Shown here: in pieces, positions 38,901 to 45,001 of the stretch
Layout: each line of letters begins with the position of its first letter
Position numbering within the stretch: the first letter of the stretch is position 1
From: Candidatus Yanofskybacteria bacterium RIFCSPLOWO2_01_FULL_49_17
Lineage (GTDB): Bacteria > Patescibacteriota > Minisyncoccia > 2-02-FULL-40-12 > GWA2-44-9
Direction of reading: 5' to 3'
DNA: 45,001 bases
NCBI GenBank assembly: GCA_001795695.1
Contig: MGKO01000006.1
Location: 1,828-46,828, forward strand
The notes under the pieces: model-generated
What the model saw: the letters and a program-made list of their open reading frames with translations, nothing else
Databases searched by the model: none
What the model was told of the DNA's origin: nothing
Made by a program: the position numbers and the translations under genes

Positions 38901-39501
38901 AAATACCTACTGACAAAGGACTTGCTACTGGGGTTGAAGTTGAAACTGAACCGCCTCGTGCATATGCGGGAACCTGACTTACTGAAGTGTAATTGGATCC
39001 CACTGAATACAGGGCAAATTCGGCGGCGTTGATGACGAATACTTTCTTGAAGAAATTCGGATCGTCCGCGACCGCTTGCGCGCCGGAGGTGTTAACCCAG
39101 TGCAATGAGGCCACGTCTTCTCCGGTTGTCTCCAATCCATAGACCTTTTCATCTCCGTCAACTCGGAATAAGCCGGAGGTTGGGAACGCGTCTCTCGTTG
39201 CCGAAGCTACGTTCTTCACTGCGGCAAATCCTCCAAGGTGTCCATAGAGATTGAAGATCTGGGGACTCAAGAATAACCTCTTGTATCCTTGCTCGTTGAC
39301 GATATAAACATCCGGATCGTCAGAACCGGCCGCGCTGATCGTGTCGCCTTCCGTAAGGCCGTAATCAGACGGGGTCGCGGCAATGGCGCCCAAGGGGGCC
39401 AACGCGGCGAAACCTGACAGCGACAACACGGTCGCTATCGAAGTTAGAGAAGCAACGGTCTTTGACAGAGCGTTGCTCACTCCGTTTAATGATTTACTCA
39501 T
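35998..39501 (-). CDS. Large secreted Ser/Thr/Gly/Ala-rich S-layer-like surface protein (1167 aa)
   Basis: Signal peptide ending about AIA-A, an N-terminal two-repeat domain (PDVYIVN / EKVYGLE), and about six beta-rich modules. Has its own promoter and terminator. Start moved to MSKSLNG. Confidence 0.75.
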   Translation of the reverse strand: MSKSLNGVSNALSKTVASLTSIATVLSLSGFAALAPLGAIAATPSDYGLTEGDTISAAGSDDPDVYIVNEQGYKRLFLSPQIFNLYGHLGGFAAVKNVASATRDAFPTSGLFRVDGDEKVYGLETTGEDVASLHWVNTSGAQAVADDPNFFKKVFVINAAEFALYSVGSNYTSVSQVPAYARGGSVSTSTPVASPLSVGISSDNPASNTLIAGQASADLAHFAFTGSGTVTTLVLNRVGVSADTTLSNVYLYNGSKRLTDSATVSQGKITFSDTGGLFTVSGSANISVKADIASSTSGQTVGVQLASFNGNAVSLSGNLMTIATAPSNFATVAVGAPTPAGTSADVTLDPQNDYNMWQSSITVGNQDVWLKSLQLRVIGSVVIGDLRNFRLYVDGVQAGSAVALQDANGYLVFDLGSGVKMTAGTRQIKLIGDVIGGSNKKFTISLRQKPDIYVVDSQYGQAVLATGTFPASAPNATYEQSINVGTITITKANDSPSGDVVATATGVKLVTYKFEAFGEPLKFENLRASFTAGGTDINSLMSLRNGAIYADGNQIGSLASLCEDSVATTASCSAGTAYTEYNLGSSLIVTPGTPRIVDVRADIYDNTGTNNASANDTIIAQIIAGSSNVQRVKSLGYFGNTAPTVGSTLTIKTGSFTVSKYTGYANQSIVTPQTQYKFGSYNLTAATSENVNVNAINLDVSNQNNTGAFQAADMTNVFLKIYNDAGSLVLTTTPKSTISGTASNSYSLSFTIPKTKVWRVDAYADIGSSTGTANMVSNLGASGLTTDSSTSTTADDAAGQTITSATGSLVLNNGSIPANKVIQGGQQAAVYSFTLAPQYDNFTLDDAVFKLSSTVASSSNAVGTAYLKENGVVVSSANIGNPGVSNSLSFLGVNRSIPLSGGTKTYTVDVLFSNIGPSYGTDTGGLVLVQLSHLKYRNGAGTITTSVVSTSTYQGNSNYVVSGYPSFAKATGSDAMPSTLLASGTQTLFKQKVTANGGAITWRKVAFTVTATANPTIAGSGWQLWENGVNITSTASTSALSGYGYATASHNFNVASAGTGTVAFVFANERSVAAGTSTILELRGNVGGANVAGDSIVTSIANPSGSTFATAAIATSFSPNDGWGSDVNPSFLWSDSSAPSHNTDGTTGDWMGDGLLTGLAVTDVLSK

Positions 39502-39960
39502 TGTTTTTTTATTTTTTATTTCTGGTCGGCGACCCAAGCACTAGACGTAAAACGTATAACACTAGGGAGCAGAACAGAATTTAATTACAACTGAAACTTT
39601 CTTTTTGGAACCTTGAGGACTTGTTCATCCAGGCCTTTCTCGACCCGCCCATGATAGGAACACCCTCTTAAACCGAAAGGTCCCGACTAAACTAAAAGGG
39701 AATTGACTTTCTATACTATACTATATTATCTGTCTAATTGTCTTTACTGTCTTTCTGGTTTTTAATGTCCGTTCCTTGCCTAAGCTGCCTGCCTTTGGTC
39801 TCGACATTTCGATATGTCGATATTTCGAGTTACAAGGGCAGAAAGCTTACAAACGAATAAATAACCGTGGCCGGGTTATTCTCGTTTTGACTTTATTGGC
39901 ATTGCATTTTACTGCTTATTTTTGGCTTTATATCTGACTTATTTAGTATCTACAACCTCT
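39502..39960 (-). ncRNA. Candidate long structured 5' leader of the S-layer-like gene
   Basis: About 460 nt without a long ORF between promoter and ATG. Hairpins at 39851-39887, 39781-39849, 39663-39700 and 39533-39577. Confidence 0.5.
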
Positions 39961-39967
39961 CCTATCC

Positions 39968-39996
39968 ATGATATCGCATAACGTTTTCCGCGTCAA
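39968..39996 (-). promoter_or_regulatory. Near-consensus sigma70 promoter for the S-layer-like gene
   Basis: TTGACG-17 nt-TATCAT on the minus strand. Confidence 0.75.
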
Positions 39997-40062
39997 TCTT
40001 ATGATATCCACTTGTCTAGAACCTATTCTAAGCCCTTTATCTACCCCCGACAATAGCAAAAA

Positions 40063-40071
40063 TGTGGATAA
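40063..40071 (-). promoter_or_regulatory. Perfect DnaA-box consensus
   Basis: TGTGGATAA, which is TTATCCACA on the minus strand, immediately after the comEA stop codon. Confidence 0.45.
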
Positions 40072-40680
40072 TTAAATTGTTATCTGGTCCCTCATTTTAT
40101 CAAAGGTTTTATTGCCTATGCCCTTTACCTCTTTAATATCCTCAATAACCCGAAAAGGGCCATTTGTCTCCCTGTAATCAATGATCCTCTGGGCTATTAC
40201 CGGGCCCACCCCTATTATTGCCTGCAATTCGTCATAATCGGCCGTATTGATGTTTATCTTAGATGATGACTGGCCGGTGGCTGTTGATGACAACGCTTGG
40301 TTGGGGGTCATTGTTACAAGCGGGGTTGGTGACACTGCCGCAGTTGGTGTCACCAACTCCGGAGTTGGTGACACCAACTGCGCAGAGTTGCCGGCCGTAG
40401 CGTTATCGGCAGTAATTGGGACCGTTTGGTTAGCGCCACCGGTGACATCAACTGGAACTGGTGACACCAAGTTCCTGGCACTAGTGCCAGGAACTCCGGA
40501 AGTTGGTGGCACTAACTTTGAGTTCGTGGCACTAACTTCCGACGATGTGCCGGGAGCGACGGCTGTGACCCCTATCAAAGACAGGAGCCGATCAAAGCCA
40601 TATGAAGGCCGACTCATGATGAAAGTGATGATGAAAACTGCCGCCAGCCCGCCGATGATGGTCGGCCTCCTTGGTTCCAT
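40072..40680 (-). CDS. comEA: ComEA-like helix-hairpin-helix DNA-binding competence protein
   Basis: N-terminal TM, a low-complexity linker, then KININTA..DELQAIIGVGPVIAQRIIDYRETNGPF..IEDIKEVKGIG. Confidence 0.9.
   Translation of the reverse strand: MEPRRPTIIGGLAAVFIITFIMSRPSYGFDRLLSLIGVTAVAPGTSSEVSATNSKLVPPTSGVPGTSARNLVSPVPVDVTGGANQTVPITADNATAGNSAQLVSPTPELVTPTAAVSPTPLVTMTPNQALSSTATGQSSSKININTADYDELQAIIGVGPVIAQRIIDYRETNGPFRVIEDIKEVKGIGNKTFDKMRDQITI
40325..40541. repeat. Cluster of REP-like palindromes inside the comEA linker
   Basis: Perfect 44-bp palindrome at 40339-40382, perfect 26-bp palindrome at 40470-40495, and direct repeat GTGGCACTAACTT at 40506 and 40526. Confidence 0.85.
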
Positions 40681-40697
40681 GCCGATATTTTATCTTT

Positions 40698-41309
40698 TTA
40701 GCGAACCGCCGAATAGTGGGTAGAGCTCTTGCCCGATTCTTTTGAAACAATCCCTCGGCCGACCAGCTCCTTCAAGTTTCTTTTGATGGTCCTCTGGGAT
40801 ATCGCGCCGAATTGGGCAAGAATATCTTTTGTTCTCACTCGACGCTCGTTGCGGATGAAGCCCAGTATCTCCTCGCGCACCTGATTGGTCCTTCGGGTCC
40901 GTTCCGGAAATTTGACTGCGGGTTCAGGTTCAATTTTTTGAGCGGGTGGTTCGGCCGACGCCAGAGTTTCCTTCTTTTTCTCCGCATCCGCGGAAGTTTC
41001 AGGGGGCTTCATGGCGCGCAAAACGGAAAGTTTGTCCTTAAGCAGAAGCTCCCGGCAGGGGAGTATCAATAATTTATTTCCGATCTCAAGATGCTCAAGC
41101 TGATTCAATAGTTCCAATAAAGAGTTTATCTCATAGAGTAATGGATGATATTGTGCGACGTTAATACACTGGCTGGCCTTGATAAAATTCTTGAGTTTGT
41201 TATCCAGTGACGCCGCAAAAAAATCATCTTTTATGTCCTGCCGCAATCGGACGCAGGAAAGTATTATTTCCGTGAATAACGAGAATCTCTCTTTGTCCTC
41301 TTTTGCCAT
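40698..41309 (-). CDS. Hypothetical protein with C-terminal winged helix-turn-helix (DeoR-like)
   Basis: C-terminus REEILGFI...TKDI...ISQRTIKRNLKELV.RG. Start moved to MAKEDK. Confidence 0.7.
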   Translation of the reverse strand: MAKEDKERFSLFTEIILSCVRLRQDIKDDFFAASLDNKLKNFIKASQCINVAQYHPLLYEINSLLELLNQLEHLEIGNKLLILPCRELLLKDKLSVLRAMKPPETSADAEKKKETLASAEPPAQKIEPEPAVKFPERTRRTNQVREEILGFIRNERRVRTKDILAQFGAISQRTIKRNLKELVGRGIVSKESGKSSTHYSAVR

Positions 41310-41404
41310 GACTGACAATATCGGCCAAAGAGTTTTTTTGGTCAACCCTCCCCCGCCGGGGAACCTTAAAGTTATCCGCAACAGCGGAACAACATCAATG
41401 TTTA

Positions 41405-41884
41405 TTATTGTATGGCTAAGAGTTCAACTTCAAATATCAGAGTGGCGTCGGGCGGGATGACGCCGCCGATGCCTTGAGAACCGTAAGCGATGGAGGCCGG
41501 AATGGTCAATCGCCTCTTGCCTCCGACCTGCATCCCGGCCACGCCTTCGTCCCAGCCCTTGATGACCTGGCTGGCGCCCAACAAAAAGCTGAAGGGCTGG
41601 CCATGGTCATATGAACTGTCAAACTTGGTCCCGTTCTCCAGCCAGCCGGTATAGTGGACGGAGACCGTATTCCCCGACTTAGCCGCCGGGCCGGTACCCA
41701 CAACTTGGTCCTCTATTTTCAATCCACTGGGCTTGGTCTCGCTCCGAACGGGTGTCGGAGAGGCCGTCGGGGTCGGAGTTGGCGAAGGACTGGTCTCGGG
41801 TCCGCTCCCCTTCCTGATAAAAAGCCGGATGCCGACAGCAACCACCGCAATTAGAATTATGTAGATAAGAATGTTCTTTACCAT
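41405..41884 (-). CDS. FKBP-type peptidyl-prolyl isomerase with N-terminal membrane anchor
   Basis: VHYTGWLENGTKFDSS, VIKGWDEG, GGKRRLTIP..AYG and LIFEVEL; Pro/Thr/Ser linker. Confidence 0.95.
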   Translation of the reverse strand: MVKNILIYIILIAVVAVGIRLFIRKGSGPETSPSPTPTPTASPTPVRSETKPSGLKIEDQVVGTGPAAKSGNTVSVHYTGWLENGTKFDSSYDHGQPFSFLLGASQVIKGWDEGVAGMQVGGKRRLTIPASIAYGSQGIGGVIPPDATLIFEVELLAIQ

Positions 41885-41886
41885 AT

Positions 41887-42795
41887 TTATCTTGGCTTCA
41901 CCGGATACAATAACGGGTCAATAGTTCGATCAAAACAGCTTCGGCCGGTTTCATGTTGCCAATTATAGAATATCTGCTCAGGCGGAAACACCGGTTTGGC
42001 GATGCTGGGATCGGCCTGGCTGGGCAGATTAAAGACGGCGCAAAGCTGGAATGCTCTGGCCCCGGTACGGATATATTCGTACTTCTCCCCTGTTTGCGGG
42101 TCGCTCGGCACAGCAAAGCCGGATATGGGATCATTCAGTTCCGACAGTGCGGCGGGCAGAGAACCTTTCTGTTGCCAATAATAGACCAGCCGGTCCTGGG
42201 TGTTTTGGAGGTTGCCTATCTTCTGTTGGTCAAACCGGATAAGACGCTGGCTGGCCGGTGAACCGGCCTTGTAGAAACCGAATACGACCGCCGCCGCCAC
42301 GACAACCACAATAACGGCCTGAAAAGCTTTCCGCGGATAGGCGCGCGCTTTTATTTCGGACAGATAATAGAAGAGGGACGAACCGGCGATGAAGAACACG
42401 GTCAGTATCTTCAGGAGGAAGGGAGTGGTCAGGTCGCCTTGCAGGAAATTATAGATGAGCGTCACCAGGTCCCCTATTACCACTAGGCCGGCGGCGAACA
42501 CGGTCAGATACATCAGCCATTTGCGGAGCTTGGAATCGCGCTTTTCCGGATTAGTAACCACGTCCTTGTGCAGAAATGTTGAGACCCAGAAAAACACCGG
42601 GAACACTATGATAAGGGTGGCCAAGGCCATCCGAATGCCGCCGTAATTGACAGAAGCATACGGGTTAAGCGGGTCGGGAAATCTGATGTCTATCAGGCCG
42701 AAAACGAGAGCCCCGAAGCTGATGGCGCTGGCCACCAAAGTGATTATTGAAAGCAGATACAGGAACGTGTCCCGCGGAGTGTTTTTTATATCCAT
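41887..42795 (-). CDS. DUF5671-like membrane protein
   Basis: PRDTFLYL...RKWLMYLTVF...GDL, about five TM helices, and a pilin-like tail GSP..QR..RFD...LP..L..L...DPQTG..YEY...FQLCA.F. Confidence 0.75.
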   Translation of the reverse strand: MDIKNTPRDTFLYLLSIITLVASAISFGALVFGLIDIRFPDPLNPYASVNYGGIRMALATLIIVFPVFFWVSTFLHKDVVTNPEKRDSKLRKWLMYLTVFAAGLVVIGDLVTLIYNFLQGDLTTPFLLKILTVFFIAGSSLFYYLSEIKARAYPRKAFQAVIVVVVAAAVVFGFYKAGSPASQRLIRFDQQKIGNLQNTQDRLVYYWQQKGSLPAALSELNDPISGFAVPSDPQTGEKYEYIRTGARAFQLCAVFNLPSQADPSIAKPVFPPEQIFYNWQHETGRSCFDRTIDPLLYPVKPR

Positions 42796-42796
42796 A

Positions 42797-42884
42797 ATGC
42801 TAATATACGAATTTTATGCGAATGATGCAAATATACCAAAATCGCATGTGCGCATTTGCATTGCCGCAGGCGCGCTATTCGCAT
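42797..42884. repeat. Intergenic octamer repeat cluster (AT[GA]CNAAT) with nested inverted copies
   Basis: ATGCTAAT, ATACGAAT, ATGCGAAT and ATGCAAAT, then ATTTGCAT (42854) and ATTCGCAT (42877). Confidence 0.65.
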
Positions 42885-42952
42885 GCTTTTCTTTGATGTT
42901 GTTAATTTTAGTTGTATTATAACCGCAGTAATCCTTAGAGGAGTTGACAATC

Positions 42953-43546
42953 ATGAAACTAAGCCAAGGCCAGAAGATGTGGCTGGCAACCGCATTGTCC
43001 AGCTACGCCCGGCGGCTTATTGCCAGATACGGTGTGGATGAGTTTTTCAAGACCGACCTGGGGCGGATGCTCCACGATCTGCCCTCCTTCAAGAAACATG
43101 TTCTGGAAACGGGTCTGCATTCCGGCGCCGCCACGATCTCGTATGTGATCCCGGAAGCCGGTTTCTGGGGCCGTTTCTTCAATGAGACACTGACTGACGT
43201 TCCGTCGGAAGTGGCCAAGAACATGATGAACGGACTTCCGGCCGGAGATCGCGAATCGTTGCTGAAGAAGATCCTGTCTCTCGGCGAAGGAACCGTCAAA
43301 GAGACGGTGATCTGGGCCGAAGGTCTGCCTGAAGAAGAACTAATCGCGGCCAAAAAAGAGATGGAGCGCATGACCGCCCAAGAGATAGGCGTTCTCGTCG
43401 GTTCCGGCCAAGCCGAGAAATTGCTTGGCCTCTTCGGAAGCAAAAGGCCGGATGGTCCGGCTAAAACCAGCAAGTTCACCGAAAGTCTCTCCCGACTGAA
43501 CGATCGGCTAGAAGAGAAGCTCTCGCGAGAGGAGAAGAAGGCATGA
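42953..43546 (+). CDS. Hypothetical helical protein
   Basis: 197-aa ORF from ATG 42953 after SD GAGGAG; overlaps the next gene by ATGA. Confidence 0.7.
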   Translation: MKLSQGQKMWLATALSSYARRLIARYGVDEFFKTDLGRMLHDLPSFKKHVLETGLHSGAATISYVIPEAGFWGRFFNETLTDVPSEVAKNMMNGLPAGDRESLLKKILSLGEGTVKETVIWAEGLPEEELIAAKKEMERMTAQEIGVLVGSGQAEKLLGLFGSKRPDGPAKTSKFTESLSRLNDRLEEKLSREEKKA

Positions 43547-45001
43547 ACTCTGATCTTGTATTTGAGGTTCTGCGCTTTGTCGCGAATATCTTCCGACTCG
43601 GCGTACGGACACTGGAAGATCTTGGCCGGAAATACCTGAAGCTGGTCGTGCGTTCGTTCATCGCCATGATCGTGGGAGTCGGGCTTGGCGGGTCTCTCGT
43701 GTACATCGGATATTTGGCCAAGCTTGGATTTCTGACTGCGCTGGGTTTCCTTGCTGGCACATTGAGCATTGCTCAATGGATGGTAGTGAGCATGCTCTTG
43801 GCCATCATTGCGGACAAAATCACGGAGTGGTCGCCCATCACCGCCAGAAGAGTAGCTGCGCTGATAAACGTGCTGTTCGTCGGCATTTTTTTCAGCGGGT
43901 ACATCTGGGTCAGCCACGCTTACGAATATCCGGTCCTGCTGGGCATCATCGTTTTCACGGTGCTCGGACTGGCTGTCTCCGAAATGCTCGTGGTGAAAAC
44001 CACTGTCACGGCGCCGTTCACGAAAAGATTGCGCTATGTGGTCTGGGGAGTCAGTGTTCTGGTTATCATCCTGGGCTTCTTCCCAAAACCCGTCCTGAAC
44101 CGCATCTTTAACTCACATGTCATTGAACGAGCATCGAGCACGGTATCGACCAGGATCAATTATCACATGAACGAGAAAGACCAAATGATAGTTGCACCGG
44201 CTCAAACCGTCCTTATGCCGTTCAGCGAATACGGAAAACCGCAGCTGGCGTGCGTCGCGGAAGATGGCAAGTACCCGGCCTGCTTCAAGTATTTCGAGGG
44301 AGCAGAGACCTACAACCAGGAAACCGGGAAAACAGTGCCACCAATAACGGTGGAGACCTGGCCGTTGTTCAAGGAGGAAATGAAAAAGGCCAGGGATGTC
44401 GCTATTGCCAAAGCCAGGCAAGAGGCCGAAGAGGTAGTCAAACAGCAAGCCAAAGCGGTCCCTCCGGCGCCTTCCGATGGTCAACCCGAGCAGCCGAAAC
44501 TGTCGGAGCGTCCAAAGCCGGTTCCAGTTGAAAGACCGAAACCGGTCTCTCCGCCGCCAACACCTCCTCCGCCTGTCTATGTTCCACCATCGCCTCCCCC
44601 ACCTACGTCAGCGCCGCAGGTGATCTTCCTAAAGACGGTAGTGACTGGCCAGGTGCCGGACCCGAACAACAAGAACGGCTCTCTCATTGTTGCCACGGTC
44701 CAGGACTCGGTTGATCTGCCCTATCTTTCCTTGAAAGGCGGAGAGGACCTGATGCGCTATCAGGTTGTGGGTCTGACAGAAACCGACAAGGACTCCTACT
44801 TGGTCCAGCTCAACCCGTTCCAATACGTCTCCGGCAACACGACTCAAGTCCTGCCGGCAGAAAGATTGGACTGGCTGATGCCAAGCATCCCGGTCAAGAA
44901 AGGAAGCGGAAGAAGTCGGTGGCTAGATGCTCTCAAGGTTGCCGCCGGAGCCGGGGCAGGAGCGGCCATCGGCGGAGCACTTGGCGGTAAAGAAGGCGCT
45001 G
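43543..45001 (+). CDS. Multi-TM protein with Pro-rich stalk and C-terminal glycine-zipper region; 3' end outside window
   Basis: Not in the ORF track; translated by hand. MNSDLVFEVLRF... stays open for 486 codons to the window end: about five TM helices, a charged helix, PKPVPVERPKPVSPPPTPPPPVYVPPSPPPP, a beta-rich domain, then KVAAGAGAGAAIGGALGGKEGA. Confidence 0.8.
   Translation, partial: MNSDLVFEVLRFVANIFRLGVRTLEDLGRKYLKLVVRSFIAMIVGVGLGGSLVYIGYLAKLGFLTALGFLAGTLSIAQWMVVSMLLAIIADKITEWSPITARRVAALINVLFVGIFFSGYIWVSHAYEYPVLLGIIVFTVLGLAVSEMLVVKTTVTAPFTKRLRYVVWGVSVLVIILGFFPKPVLNRIFNSHVIERASSTVSTRINYHMNEKDQMIVAPAQTVLMPFSEYGKPQLACVAEDGKYPACFKYFEGAETYNQETGKTVPPITVETWPLFKEEMKKARDVAIAKARQEAEEVVKQQAKAVPPAPSDGQPEQPKLSERPKPVPVERPKPVSPPPTPPPPVYVPPSPPPPTSAPQVIFLKTVVTGQVPDPNNKNGSLIVATVQDSVDLPYLSLKGGEDLMRYQVVGLTETDKDSYLVQLNPFQYVSGNTTQVLPAERLDWLMPSIPVKKGSGRSRWLDALKVAAGAGAGAAIGGALGGKEGA

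Noticed and set aside
39703-39730. Antisense promoter TTGACT followed by (CTATA)3 in the S-layer leader
   Set aside because: The spacing to a good -10 is off (15 nt or less) and there is no plus-strand gene to serve; too weak to call.
39962-40071. Replication origin
   Set aside because: Only one perfect DnaA box, no adjacent dnaA or dnaN, and no obvious unwinding element.
40325-40541. Possible CRISPR array from the repeated palindromes
   Set aside because: There is no regular repeat-spacer period, the repeats are nested and in-frame in comEA, and no cas genes are present.
43003-43917. 304-aa minus-strand ORF in the track
   Set aside because: It is the antisense shadow of two coupled plus-strand genes that have SDs and coherent protein features.

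Overview
This window is a cell-surface glycosylation locus of about 35 kb followed by a block of surface-protein genes. It holds 8 GT4 and 3 GT2 glycosyltransferases, three GT-C-like membrane proteins (one TMTC-like with TPR repeats), five SAM methyltransferase genes or domains and two NAD-dependent epimerases. It also holds an unusual sugar-tailoring set: a B12 radical SAM enzyme, a twitch/SPASM radical SAM enzyme, a ThDP acetolactate-synthase-like enzyme, a cytidylyltransferase-PfkB fusion and a DHS-like protein. The surface block encodes an IPT/TIG protein, a 1167-aa S-layer-like protein with a ~460-nt structured leader, ComEA, FKBP and a DUF5671-like protein. Gene content, missing Shine-Dalgarno sites and near-leaderless genes suggest a Patescibacteria (CPR, Parcubacteria-like) genome using code 11; this is inference. 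Two ORFs absent from the supplied track run off the window ends: a GT2-methyltransferase fusion (<1..1698, minus) and a multi-TM, Pro-rich, glycine-zipper protein (43543..>45001, plus). The best leads are: (i) a TMTC-like O-glycosyltransferase apparently co-transcribed with an IPT-domain gene next to an Ig-repeat S-layer gene; (ii) palindromic and heptamer repeat elements sitting in-frame inside genes, including a perfect 44-bp palindrome in comEA; (iii) a 16-bp inverted-repeat element overlapping the start codon of a long glycosyltransferase operon; (iv) a boxA-like leader motif marking the GC-richer stand-alone genes. I saw no CRISPR array, tRNA, rRNA or transposase. All family calls come from motif recognition by eye, not database searches.
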